64,000 bases of DNA from a virus. The first letter of the stretch is position 1; every line of letters starts with the position of its first letter. The notes beneath the pieces were generated by a model. It made no database searches, had not been told where the DNA came from, and saw only the letters and a program-made list of their open reading frames with translations. The stretch lies in the IMG/VR virus record IMGVR_UViG_3300031772_000001, positions 1 to 64,000 of that record. One strand, 5' to 3'. Below are positions 1-10,095 of this stretch, piece by piece. The position numbers and the translations under genes are program-made.

Positions 1-126
1 CTGTATCAAAGATCGAAACATTTCCAAGATTCTCTTGAACTGATAGCTGCTCAAAAGTGGTAACTGTATCAAAGATCGAAACATTTCCAAGATTCTCTTG
101 AACTGATAGCTGCTCAAAAGTGGTAA
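1..126. repeat. Exact 63-bp tandem repeat (2 copies visible) encoding a 21-aa unit
   Basis: CTGTATCAAAGATCGAAACATTTCCAAG...GTGGTAA at 1-63 and 64-126. Confidence 0.95.
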
Positions 127-1351
127 CACCATCGAATACTACTATTGAAGTTGGAGGTATATCTACATCTGTATTCTCCAAAACATGTACTAACTCATAA
201 ACAACAACAGTGATATTTTCAGATTCTTCAACCACATCAAAGACAGAAACAGTATCAACTACAGATATGTAAATAACAGGATTAGAGACACTTAGATTTT
301 CAGAAACATTGACATCCTCAGATATACCTATTCTTCCTAAATCCTCACGGGCATCTATATTTTCAAAAACAGACACAGCCTCAGATACCGAAACACCCCC
401 AAGACTCTCAAACAAAGTCAACAATTCCGACACAGCTATAGAATCAGAAACAGAGATACTCCCAAGATTAAGAACAGAAACACTAACAGCATCAAATACA
501 GAAACAGAGTCATTTATGCTTATAGAACCAAGATCCTCCTGCACACTCAAAACATCAAAAACAGATACCGAGTCAGATACACCTATACTTCCAAGATTAA
601 GAACACTTAAACTCACTACATCAGAAACAGTAATAGTATCACTTACACTAACTGCCCCAAGGTCTTCCTTTACAGACAATACCTCAGAAACACTTACTGT
701 CTCAGAGACAGAGACAGAAGGCAATGGAGAACTAACACTAAGAAGCTCAGAAGAAGTTACCGTATCAGAAACTAAGATATTACCAAGAGTTTCTTGCCCG
801 ATCAACAATTCAGATGTGGTAACTATGTCAGAGACAGAAATACTACCAAGAACCTCTTGGACTGTTACCAATTCAGAAGAAGTTACCGTATCTGAAATTG
901 AAATTAAACCAAGACTCTCCTGAACTATCAACTGCTCAAAGGCAGCCACAGTATCAAAAATCGAAATATTACCAAGAGTTTCTTGTACTGATACTAACTC
1001 AGAAACAGTAACTGCGTCTGAAACAGAAATATTTCCAAGATTCTCTTGAATTGTCACCAATTCAGACGTAGTAACTGTGTCAGAAACAGACAAAAGAATT
1101 GGATTAAGACTAATAGACAGTGTTTCGTTAGTAGCAATAGCATCAGATATGCTTATTGCACCAAGGTCTTCTCTTACCGTCAATAATTCTGAAGTTGAAA
1201 CAGTGTCAGAAACTGACACCAAAAGGGGAATTGAAACAGACAAAGACTCTGTTAGGGAAACAGAGTCAGAAATAGAAACACGTCTTGAAGGACGTAAACC
1301 AACAAAGGGTACGCCAAGTACCGTTACTTTTGTAACGGCAGTAGAACCCAT
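1..1351 (-). CDS. Repeat-rich Ser/Val/Asp structural (tail/fibre-like) protein, truncated at the window edge; absent from the ORF track
   Basis: ATG at 1351-1349 abuts the upstream TAA (1352-1354). Frame reads MGSTAVTKVTVLGVPFVGLRPSRRVSISDSVSLTESLSV... with ~21-aa repeats (SVSDTVTTSELVTIQENLGNI) and no stop seen before position 1. Confidence 0.8.
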   Translation of the reverse strand, partial: MGSTAVTKVTVLGVPFVGLRPSRRVSISDSVSLTESLSVSIPLLVSVSDTVSTSELLTVREDLGAISISDAIATNETLSISLNPILLSVSDTVTTSELVTIQENLGNISVSDAVTVSELVSVQETLGNISIFDTVAAFEQLIVQESLGLISISDTVTSSELVTVQEVLGSISVSDIVTTSELLIGQETLGNILVSDTVTSSELLSVSSPLPSVSVSETVSVSEVLSVKEDLGAVSVSDTITVSDVVSLSVLNLGSIGVSDSVSVFDVLSVQEDLGSISINDSVSVFDAVSVSVLNLGSISVSDSIAVSELLTLFESLGGVSVSEAVSVFENIDAREDLGRIGISEDVNVSENLSVSNPVIYISVVDTVSVFDVVEESENITVVVYELVHVLENTDVDIPPTSIVVFDGVTTFEQLSVQENLGNVSIFDTVTTFEQLSVQENLGNVSIFDT

Positions 1352-4300
1352 TTACACTACCTCAAAAGCATCAGTATTAGCAGGAGCACCTGTGAATGCG
1401 TCGCAAGTAAAATGGCCTCTACCTCCTGTAAGACTATAAGCAGTAATAGCCTTTGCCTGACCTGAGAGATTACCGCTCCTCCAAACTATTGTTCTATCTT
1501 TCCAATAATTTGCAGTTGCATTTGTCAAACTCGAAGTCTCAAACTCAGTAGAAGTAGGTGAAAATCCGGCTGTGTCAACTGTACCTGCTTGCATAGTTGC
1601 TGCTGATTCAGATAACCTACTTGCGGCAGTAGCACTTCCTGCTATTTGATCCGTATTAGCAGTGACACGAGCCGTCACTGAACCAACTGCCTGAGACACA
1701 TTGTATCTCGCGGTCTGTGTGAGTGTTCCTGCAAATCCACCCCCTACATTGTCAATATAATCCATACACCCTCTGAGCTTAATTGACCCTCCGGTACAAT
1801 TTGAATCAACAATAACTCTACAATTACCCTCAACAATGGTATAATTACCAGTAGCCATAGAGTTAAGATTTACTCCACCATGCCAATCCCTGAATCCAAT
1901 CCTTGCTGAAGCAGCATAGACAAATACAGGATTTGTGTCTGTAGGATCGCCATCACTGCAATCCAAAGGCCAATAAGTTGCAGAAGCAATCATGGTAAAG
2001 GTTCCGGTAAAGCTACACCGGAAGAACCATGCACTATCCATCGTACATGTGCCTACCAATGAGTCATAAATGTTGGCTCCTGTTCCAGAACTTACTCCTG
2101 TGATACTCGAAGACCCGTAAATTGCAATATTGGAAATACTCTGTCCATTCAAGTCAATAGTATAGTTATCCCCTTTTATAGTGTAATTAGCAGAAGAAGC
2201 TGTCAGTTGAATAGCTGACCCATTTGCTATTCTAAAGTTCTTGATATTTAATGCAGCAGCAAGGGTTAAGGCACTAGACCAGAGATTAGTAGGTTTATCT
2301 ACTGTACCATGCACATAAGATGTAGAACCTGCGATACCATTAACAGTATCTACCCAAATACATCCGTCTTGGTATCCTGCTGCAAGCTGTGAGTAAGGTG
2401 TGGCACACTTCAAGTCAAATCCAGTAGAGCCTTTTGTAAGAAGCATACCATTTCCAGCACCGGCACCAGTGGCATTTATACCGTGACCGGCAGTGCCTCC
2501 TGTAGCAGTAAGCCCATCCCCTGAAGTTGACGTACCAGATATACCAGATCCAGATGTTGCGCCGCCTACACAAGATACTCCGATACCAGTTGCTCCACCT
2601 GTAGATAAGATACCGGCACCAGAGCCATTACCAGCAAGTGACATCCCCACACCATTACCACCACCGGCAGATACGGTTATTCCATTGCCTGAAGTTGTAC
2701 TTACATACAATCCTGCTCCAGAAGTTGAACCACCTGAAATAAGCATACCGTAAGTAGCATTTGTAGCACCTCCAACTGCCGCTATTCCTGCTGTGGATGC
2801 TGTAGTTCCAGAAGTACCTACTATCCCATGCCCACCAGTACCAACACCAGTTGCTGAAATTCCTGCTCCCGCTGTACCGGCTGTAAAGGTTGCAGCAGAT
2901 CCAGAAGTTGCAGATACAACAAGTCCCGTACCTGAAGTAGATCCACCTGCTATAGTCATTCCATTAGTCGCGTTTGTAGCACCACCAATTGCATAAATTC
3001 CAGCGGTTGATGCTGTGGTTCCAGAAATTGCATAAATTCCATGCCCACCGGCACCAACTCCTGTACAAGATAGACCTGCACCAGATGTAGCACCAGCAGT
3101 AATTTTCATCCCTCCACCAGTAGTACCACCGATGCTATACACCCCCGAACCTGCTACGTTACCTACAGTGTAGATACCATGAGCGCCAGAGGCACCTCCA
3201 CTGCATATCAATCCGGCTGTTGTTGATGAATTACCACCAGTAGCCGCTATACCACCTCCGGCAGTATTCCCAAGTGCATATATTCCGTTTGCTAAAGCTG
3301 CTCCACCAGCCGCATAAATACCTCCAGTTATAGCACTGTTTCCACCAACTGCCTTTATTCCGTTACCTGCACCATTACCAGTACAGATAAGCCCCTGCCC
3401 ACCTGTCCCTCCTAATGCAGCTATACCACCAGAGGCTACGTTGGCACCTCCAGTAGCACTAACACCATGACCAGTACCAGTACCAAGGGCAAGGATAGCA
3501 CTTGAGTTAGTTGCTGATGTAGATGCACTAATTCCCGAAGCTCCATCTGTCGCACCACCAACCGCAGATATACCATGACCCGCTGTATTTCCAAGTGCAT
3601 AAATTCCACAAGCTAGTGTAGTACCTCCAGTACATTTTAGACCTGCTGTGGTTGCTGAATTTCCTCCTGTTGCAATAATCCCATTACCTGCGGCTGCTCC
3701 TGTAGCTGACAACCCATGACCGGCAGTACCACCTGTCAAAGTCATTCCATTACCAGAAGTTGACGTTGCTTTTATACCATCACCTGAAGTCCCTCCACCA
3801 ATTGCGAGAATACCGTTTCCGGTTGTTGCTGATCCTACTGCATAAATACCATTATAAGAAGTACCTACTCCTGTTACACTAATCCCATGACCTGAAGTAG
3901 CTCCAGCAGATATAGTCTCTCCATTGCCTGTAGCTCCTCCCGTTATCTTAAATCCTGCTCCTGTACCGTTTCCGGTAGCATTCAATCCATTACCATTCGA
4001 TCCAGATGATGTAAGTACAAGTGCATCCCCACCCGAATTACTTATAGTCATCTGTTTAAGGGTAGCCGATCCCGCAGCACCGTCCGCAAGTAGATTACAC
4101 TGTACCTCAAAATCTGCTTGAGCTAAATTTGTAGCCCCAGATACTGATATGAGAAGTGAGTTTGTTGAAGCAAATCGAGCATCTGCAATATGAATCTCAT
4201 ACACACCTTTATGATTGGTTGCATCTACTTCTTTGAATCTGCATTTGGTAGCAGTTGGAGCAGCATAAGTTCCAAGAGTTGCAATTGTTTCTATTGTAGA

Positions 4301-4477
4301 TCCTGCTTGCGTATAGGTTGTGGCAGACGCTTCAGCTATCTGAATTGTACTAATTATTAGTCCGGCTGAGGAACTTGACAATCCCGTAAGACCTGCACCT
4401 GTAGATACTGAAGAGTCCATTAACTTGACTCTTAATACTACACTCGTAGGTGATACACCATAACAGAGCTTTGCCAT
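1352..4477 (-). CDS. Gly/Ala/Thr-rich repeat protein, probable tail fibre/adhesin
   Basis: 1041 aa with dozens of ~15-aa GxGIxAxGGxT-type repeats flanked by non-repetitive domains; tail-gene context. Confidence 0.7.
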   Translation of the reverse strand: MAKLCYGVSPTSVVLRVKLMDSSVSTGAGLTGLSSSSAGLIISTIQIAEASATTYTQAGSTIETIATLGTYAAPTATKCRFKEVDATNHKGVYEIHIADARFASTNSLLISVSGATNLAQADFEVQCNLLADGAAGSATLKQMTISNSGGDALVLTSSGSNGNGLNATGNGTGAGFKITGGATGNGETISAGATSGHGISVTGVGTSYNGIYAVGSATTGNGILAIGGGTSGDGIKATSTSGNGMTLTGGTAGHGLSATGAAAGNGIIATGGNSATTAGLKCTGGTTLACGIYALGNTAGHGISAVGGATDGASGISASTSATNSSAILALGTGTGHGVSATGGANVASGGIAALGGTGGQGLICTGNGAGNGIKAVGGNSAITGGIYAAGGAALANGIYALGNTAGGGIAATGGNSSTTAGLICSGGASGAHGIYTVGNVAGSGVYSIGGTTGGGMKITAGATSGAGLSCTGVGAGGHGIYAISGTTASTAGIYAIGGATNATNGMTIAGGSTSGTGLVVSATSGSAATFTAGTAGAGISATGVGTGGHGIVGTSGTTASTAGIAAVGGATNATYGMLISGGSTSGAGLYVSTTSGNGITVSAGGGNGVGMSLAGNGSGAGILSTGGATGIGVSCVGGATSGSGISGTSTSGDGLTATGGTAGHGINATGAGAGNGMLLTKGSTGFDLKCATPYSQLAAGYQDGCIWVDTVNGIAGSTSYVHGTVDKPTNLWSSALTLAAALNIKNFRIANGSAIQLTASSANYTIKGDNYTIDLNGQSISNIAIYGSSSITGVSSGTGANIYDSLVGTCTMDSAWFFRCSFTGTFTMIASATYWPLDCSDGDPTDTNPVFVYAASARIGFRDWHGGVNLNSMATGNYTIVEGNCRVIVDSNCTGGSIKLRGCMDYIDNVGGGFAGTLTQTARYNVSQAVGSVTARVTANTDQIAGSATAASRLSESAATMQAGTVDTAGFSPTSTEFETSSLTNATANYWKDRTIVWRSGNLSGQAKAITAYSLTGGRGHFTCDAFTGAPANTDAFEVV

Positions 4478-4481
4478 AAGT

Positions 4482-5600
4482 TCACCTCAATCCTGTTGTT
4501 CCTGTAGGATATGCTAATTCATTTCTCATCTGCAATAAAGGCCATTTAGCAGAACTTGCGGGGACAGGTGTACCCACAGTAATAAAAGTGGAAGGAGAAT
4601 CTTGTGAGTTGTATGATGTACTTATCCAACTAGCGGATCTGACTACTGAGGATACCCTGTGCTCATCAATTCTTCCCGGCCAACCTGTATCAAAACCATC
4701 TACAGATTGTTTCCACGCATAACGATTCTGTGTAATGTCCCTTGACCAAGAAGTATCCTGGGCGACATACGCCCCATTTCCGTATGATTTTATGGTAGTT
4801 GACGCATTATCATACGATACAGTTATATGTCCCCAATTGGACGATGATGTATAAAACACCCCCGTATTAAATGAAGTAATATTGCTGTCGCCATTGACCT
4901 TGAACTGATCATCATCCCCGTTACCCCAGAGAACAAAATCACAGCTATATCCGGCAGTGCCACCACCCACAAGTCCACGTTGAGTATCATAATATGTAAT
5001 GCTTTGCCATACTTCAACGGTTATTGTAGAAGGATTTGCAAAGGAATTACTCGCAAACCCAGAATTGTAAAAATATGTTGTAGTATTCTGACATTTACCT
5101 ATTTTGCCATCTTCTTCAGTTGACCCCGTTCCAAACTCAGTTCCTGTATGTCCATTGCCTGTTGCATCGGTTAATGTCGTTGTACCGTCCCCATGCCATA
5201 CCAGCATGAAACTATTTGACCATACGGCATTCCTTCCATATGTGTCAGTGACAGCAGGCATTGATGCTGAGGAATTATTGTACCAAACGTAGATGACAGT
5301 ATCTACAGTTGAAGATACTGAAGTTACCTTAACCCAAATTTCAGCTAAACCATTGGCGGGATTATTGTCTCGTGTGAACGAGACTACTTCCACGGGGAGT
5401 TGAGTAGCGCCAGCGGAATCTGAGGAAAACCTAATATCCCCGCCGTCTGAATTGGCAGGGTAGCTGCCATCAGCATCGAACATCTCGGAGGGAAGATTAC
5501 CTACAGTAAATAAAACAGGGAAGTTAGATTGATCTGCACTTACTTTAGTGTGATCAATTGTTAATGAACATCTGCGGTTCCATCCTGAAGGGAAAGCCAT
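4482..5600 (-). CDS. DUF2341 domain plus LamG/concanavalin-A-like lectin domain protein
   Basis: NFPVL...DGGDIRFS...EIWVKV...IYVWYNN (DUF2341-like); WGHITVSYD...GRIDEHRVSSVVRSASWI (LamG-like). Confidence 0.8.
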   Translation of the reverse strand: MAFPSGWNRRCSLTIDHTKVSADQSNFPVLFTVGNLPSEMFDADGSYPANSDGGDIRFSSDSAGATQLPVEVVSFTRDNNPANGLAEIWVKVTSVSSTVDTVIYVWYNNSSASMPAVTDTYGRNAVWSNSFMLVWHGDGTTTLTDATGNGHTGTEFGTGSTEEDGKIGKCQNTTTYFYNSGFASNSFANPSTITVEVWQSITYYDTQRGLVGGGTAGYSCDFVLWGNGDDDQFKVNGDSNITSFNTGVFYTSSSNWGHITVSYDNASTTIKSYGNGAYVAQDTSWSRDITQNRYAWKQSVDGFDTGWPGRIDEHRVSSVVRSASWISTSYNSQDSPSTFITVGTPVPASSAKWPLLQMRNELAYPTGTTGLR

Positions 5601-5607
5601 GTCTTAC

Positions 5608-6177
5608 TCATGCGGTAAATAAAGTTGTAGCCAGCCAATCAATATTTGAATTTACAAGATTCTGCACTACAGAATCCGCTACAGCGCCTCCGGTAGATTG
5701 AATGGTAGAGTCCTGACTTATCAAAGCCATAAAGTAGCCAATATAATCATCAAGGCTATTAGCTAGGTCTGAAGCAAGTTTTGATCTTTGACTATGATAT
5801 GTGGTATCTGCTGACTCATTGCGAATATCGTATGAAGCCTTCAGCATAGCCCCTTTTGTCCGATCACGCAATGGTCCTGAATTGTAAAGTTTGGAAATGT
5901 TAGATAGTGTTGAGGTTATTACTAGTGAATGATCTGCTTCAGGGGTTTCCACCGTCCGCATGTAATATGCGGCTTCATCTCCAAGTCCCTCATGATAAAC
6001 ATAAAAACCAACACTATTCCAGAGTCCTGTTGGCCTAGATTCATCAGAATCTTTCCCAACCTCAAAGAAACTAACCCGATACCAAGTGACTCCATCCGTT
6101 TCCACTTGCTGCACTTCAGGAGTGCGGACTACAAGATATTTTCCAGATAGTTGAGCCAGCAGTGCAGCCTTATTCAT
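5608..6177 (-). CDS. Hypothetical protein
   Basis: 189-aa ORF tightly packed in the operon. Confidence 0.7.
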   Translation of the reverse strand: MNKAALLAQLSGKYLVVRTPEVQQVETDGVTWYRVSFFEVGKDSDESRPTGLWNSVGFYVYHEGLGDEAAYYMRTVETPEADHSLVITSTLSNISKLYNSGPLRDRTKGAMLKASYDIRNESADTTYHSQRSKLASDLANSLDDYIGYFMALISQDSTIQSTGGAVADSVVQNLVNSNIDWLATTLFTA

Positions 6178-6192
6178 ACATTTTCCCTCTCA

Positions 6193-7641
6193 TTAAATTT
6201 TTGAGATAAGTTCAGCAGTCACCCAATCGCACGTAAACACATCAGAATCTGTAGTCAAATCCACTTGTAACGTGAGAGCTTGATCTTTATTTGTAGCCAG
6301 TGATCCTCCCGACCCATAGGCGCGGTCAGCATCGTGCCATAGATACCCATCTATATTTGTACCAGCAAGATAAATATGGCCACAAAGAACTATTGGTGTA
6401 TTACCCGTTGCTGCAAGTGCTACTACAGATGTACCGTTCCAGCACAACCTAAAAGTTCCGTTCGCACTACCTGTTGTCCTTCTAACACCGGCCTGTAACC
6501 TCAGTATCCTATTATCTACTAAGGTATAAGCTGGAACAGTTATTGTTTTCAGTATTTGAAATCCAGCACCAGTTGCAGTTGAAGCTGTAGTAGAAACCGC
6601 TATCGCCTGTACAACCTCTTTGTAGTTTATTTTCCAAGTTTGCGCGCTTGCCGTAAAATCAAGAACAAATTCAAAACGATCCGTAACTCTGTGGTACAGG
6701 TTAGTATTGGTCACATCATTTATTACTGACGGTGATAAGGACCAACACGCCTCTGTGTTCAACTTCAATCTTTTCCACCTATTGACTGAAGCACCAGATC
6801 CATAATTTTCGTCGGAGGTTCCCCAAGCATCCAATGACCACATCAAGGAAGATAGATACCCAAAGTTAGATAGCTCTTGTCCTACAACACTAGCATTGGC
6901 TATAACTCCACCGCCTGCTACATTTATCGGATATGAACGCCTAAGACTAACAGCCTTCGCCCCGCGAGCATACCAGTCAGTCTTAGTCTCGTATCCCCCA
7001 GAACCAGAATAAGCTGCTGTGTTTATTGCAAAACTTTCCAAAAGAATCCAATCAATTGATCTCAAATGTGAGGAAACTAATGTTGGATTATAAGTAGAGT
7101 TTGGATAGCTTACATCGTTTGCTATGCCTAACAAGTGATCGGTGTTCCAAGCGTTAGCAAATGCCAACTTTGAGTATGTCCGACTATGCACATAGTCCAA
7201 CATAGTATTAAACTGCGCCCTGGTTACAGTATAGTCATATCCTGACTCATCCATGAACACACCATCAACTTGTAGTGTATTCCACTGATCTACTTTTGTC
7301 TGAAAATTTACCAAAGTTTGGTTCGCAATGACATAACCAAAAATCAAGCATTTTGGATTAAGAACTTTGATTCTGGGTATTATTATCTGGGTATTGACAT
7401 AATCAGGATGTGTAGGGGATTGTATAGTGTCACCAAAAACAATAAGATCATACTTAGCAAAATCCTGTGCCACAGCTTCATTATACCAAGCATTTTGAGC
7501 ACTATTAAAACTATTTAGATAGCCATAGTAAATCAAAAGATTCTTAGGTGAAACCTCTTGTTTTTCCAGAGTATTTACCAAGTTAGATATAGTTTGTATA
7601 TCTTGACTCATCTGTCTATTTAGATACTTTTCACTTGGCAT
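6193..7641 (-). CDS. TIM-barrel glycoside hydrolase-like protein (GH114/GH135-like) with C-terminal beta domain
   Basis: FAKYDLIVFG...IFGYV...VDGVFMDE...WILLES pattern. Confidence 0.55.
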   Translation of the reverse strand: MPSEKYLNRQMSQDIQTISNLVNTLEKQEVSPKNLLIYYGYLNSFNSAQNAWYNEAVAQDFAKYDLIVFGDTIQSPTHPDYVNTQIIIPRIKVLNPKCLIFGYVIANQTLVNFQTKVDQWNTLQVDGVFMDESGYDYTVTRAQFNTMLDYVHSRTYSKLAFANAWNTDHLLGIANDVSYPNSTYNPTLVSSHLRSIDWILLESFAINTAAYSGSGGYETKTDWYARGAKAVSLRRSYPINVAGGGVIANASVVGQELSNFGYLSSLMWSLDAWGTSDENYGSGASVNRWKRLKLNTEACWSLSPSVINDVTNTNLYHRVTDRFEFVLDFTASAQTWKINYKEVVQAIAVSTTASTATGAGFQILKTITVPAYTLVDNRILRLQAGVRRTTGSANGTFRLCWNGTSVVALAATGNTPIVLCGHIYLAGTNIDGYLWHDADRAYGSGGSLATNKDQALTLQVDLTTDSDVFTCDWVTAELISKI

Positions 7642-7650
7642 AGAATTCCT

Positions 7651-7854
7651 CTACTTAACTGTTCTTCTCTTCGATTTAAGATCAGAAATATCCCACACTC
7701 TCATACAAATAACCTTTCCCCCATGATCACCTGCATACCAACAATCTCGAAGCTCTAAATCACAGTTCCCGTACTCTACATTATGCTTTTTCTTATGATA
7801 ACATTCTGTCTTATCTGTGCATTTCTTATAATAAGAACAACGAAACTTTGTCAT
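7651..7854 (-). CDS. Small Cys-rich hypothetical protein
   Basis: Fills the gap between genes, same strand. Confidence 0.55.
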   Translation of the reverse strand: MTKFRCSYYKKCTDKTECYHKKKHNVEYGNCDLELRDCWYAGDHGGKVICMRVWDISDLKSKRRTVK

Positions 7855-7857
7855 TCA

Positions 7858-8637
7858 CTATGGATACTGCCTTCCAGTTTGCCTATCAATATGTCTACAA
7901 AAGATAGAAGTATCACAAAGAAACGGATGCTCCCGTTTTGCAACTTTCTTCCACCCTGTTTTTTCAAGAACCTTGTTCTCAAGTAACTGATCAAAGAAGT
8001 AAAGATCCTGAGTCCCGGCTTTTCTAGAAAAAGACATACTCTCGGGGTCTAAGAATACCTGCTGAGGTGTCTCAAACACCTTATGAAGCACGGTTCCATC
8101 ACACGCCTTATACTCAGCCGTATGCTCCCACATCCACTTCAAAATCGAAGTATGAATGAGCAAACAACCCATTGGAAGACCATCACACCAAACTTTATCC
8201 CCTATCTTCCAATCCGTATATGACCCATTACCCCGACCCCTAAAAGTCAAAGGAAGTGTAGGTGAAGCCTTCAAGTAATACAAACCAGAGACTACCGGGA
8301 TAGTCTCTTTCTTAGTATATTCAAAAAACCTTAAAAAAAGATCGGGCGGTATTAGTACATCATCTTCAATAGTTATCAGCCAATCAACCCCTAATTCCAA
8401 GGCTTTCTTAGTGATGCAATTGTAGGCATCAGCAATGTTATACCCTATAGCCGTATATGCCAAATCAAACCCAGACGCTTCCCAATTCATCGGAATGATC
8501 TGGGCAAATCTGTTGTGACACCACTCGTAACGCACCCATCCTTCAGTGGGAGTAGCTATAAGAGTCCTTTTCTTCCACTTCTTCTTGCAATATGACAGAA
8601 TCTCTCTTGTCCCGGTTGTCTTTTTTGTCTCTTTCAT
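7858..8637 (-). CDS. Glycosyltransferase, GT-A fold (GT2-like)
   Basis: IATPT...DWLITIEDDVL (DxD-like)...VVSGLY...GLPMGCLLI...QDLYF...CRHI. Confidence 0.75.
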   Translation of the reverse strand: MKETKKTTGTREILSYCKKKWKKRTLIATPTEGWVRYEWCHNRFAQIIPMNWEASGFDLAYTAIGYNIADAYNCITKKALELGVDWLITIEDDVLIPPDLFLRFFEYTKKETIPVVSGLYYLKASPTLPLTFRGRGNGSYTDWKIGDKVWCDGLPMGCLLIHTSILKWMWEHTAEYKACDGTVLHKVFETPQQVFLDPESMSFSRKAGTQDLYFFDQLLENKVLEKTGWKKVAKREHPFLCDTSIFCRHIDRQTGRQYP

Positions 8638-8788
8638 CCCTAGTTATCCTTCCGATAGCTAATAAAACTACCTGCTCAAGCAATGGATTCTTGCTTAAAC
8701 AGGATGAACAAGTGTAAACAGAATTCACTAACACCGGACCAACATCAACACTCTTTCTACAAAACTGACATTTAATACTTGGCATATC

Positions 8789-9274
8789 CTACTCCTCAAT
8801 CTTGCGAAGTGCAATCTCAAGGGTCGCGTGCTTATCCCACGAAACCTTCTCACCCTTCCAAGGCTTAGGTCTATAAATCTGATAAAGAGGTTGATCTTTT
8901 ATGAAATATGTAGGTGTAGCTTCATTCCAGGGAGAAATATGAGTTGGGTCTTGATAATACCCAAAACTTGTTGCATAAGGGGTCGCTATCATTAACAACC
9001 CGTCAGGAACAAGAACCCTCCAACACTCATTCATTAAGTCAATCTGAAGCCACGGTTTAATGTGCTCCACCAAATGACTCATCACAACAACAGCACAACT
9101 ACAATCTGGCAAAGGCCACGGAAATACCTCTGCATCATGCACTATGTCAACACCATCAACCTTACGCTTGTCCATCCCTGTGAATCCTTTTTGCTTATTG
9201 AATCCACAGCCAACATCAAGACGTAACTTCTGCTTAACTAAGAGTTTCCTTAGTCCTGATTTTTTCGCAGACAT
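8789..9274 (-). CDS. Class I SAM-dependent methyltransferase
   Basis: LDVGCG motif I; SHLVEHI; ECWRVLVPDG; DPTH. Confidence 0.85.
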   Translation of the reverse strand: MSAKKSGLRKLLVKQKLRLDVGCGFNKQKGFTGMDKRKVDGVDIVHDAEVFPWPLPDCSCAVVVMSHLVEHIKPWLQIDLMNECWRVLVPDGLLMIATPYATSFGYYQDPTHISPWNEATPTYFIKDQPLYQIYRPKPWKGEKVSWDKHATLEIALRKIEE

Positions 9275-9533
9275 TGATACTTAGCCCTCCAGACGAATCA
9301 GACTGTTTAGAGACTTCTTCCTGCACAGGGTACTGCACAGGTCCACCTGTCCCTATATTATACGCTTCATTCATCATTTCTGTAAAGACAAACGTATCTT
9401 TACTTGACAAACAAAATTTTCTTCCCCAAGGCTTACCCTTATAGGTAAACTGCTTGATAGGAGAAAACGGACTTTCTAAAAAAGAAAATGGAGATTGCTC
9501 TCCATTCTCTCGAACATCCAAATTGTCAGCCAT
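9234..9533 (-). CDS. Hypothetical protein
   Basis: Operon packing. Confidence 0.5.
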   Translation of the reverse strand: MADNLDVRENGEQSPFSFLESPFSPIKQFTYKGKPWGRKFCLSSKDTFVFTEMMNEAYNIGTGGPVQYPVQEEVSKQSDSSGGLSINVCEKIRTKETLS

Positions 9534-9545
9534 AACCTTCCAATC

Positions 9546-10028
9546 TTATGAAAACCTCAACTGGTAAGTCGCACTGATAGCTTGGTTACTATTCCATGCA
9601 CTTGAGTTGAACGTCTGACCACACGCCAAAGTTCCACCAGAACTCGTGTTGAACAATCCAAGATTCTGAACACTCGGAGTACCACCGGGATTATCACCAC
9701 TTGCCCATGAAGCAGTACACTGAAGCGTACCAGTCGATACAAGAGAATTGGAAGTAGTCTTACGTGTTCCCGTCTCACCCTGCAAGGAAGTATGCGAGGC
9801 GTTAGGGGCAGTACCGGTTCCAATACCCATGTAACTGATCTGCTTACTTCCACCAAGACCACCAACCGAACCTACGATGTAATTCTGAAATCCATCATTG
9901 ACAACTTGGTTCTCTTGCCAACCAGAGTCACCAACAACCACAGTTTTTCCACCCCTAACCTCACCAATAGCAACACGGAAAAAACCATGTACCTGGATGT
10001 TAGAACTTACACTTCTCTTCTTTGCCAT
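9546..10028 (-). CDS. Phage tail/baseplate-associated structural protein
   Basis: NQVVNDG...YMGIGTGTAP...LQGE...LGLFN pattern resembles tail-fibre attachment domains. Confidence 0.55.
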   Translation of the reverse strand: MAKKRSVSSNIQVHGFFRVAIGEVRGGKTVVVGDSGWQENQVVNDGFQNYIVGSVGGLGGSKQISYMGIGTGTAPNASHTSLQGETGTRKTTSNSLVSTGTLQCTASWASGDNPGGTPSVQNLGLFNTSSGGTLACGQTFNSSAWNSNQAISATYQLRFS

Positions 10029-10095
10029 ACTAACTCCTTCAAAAAAATGTGTCTGTCAATATCGGATACTGTTTACAGATTTACCATCTGCTAAA

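Noticed and set aside
309-4121. Plus-strand ORFs (309-923, 1077-1439, 2493-2753, 2793-2996, 3924-4121)
   Set aside because: They are antisense shadows of repetitive minus-strand genes; the same applies to nearly all plus-strand ORFs in the window.
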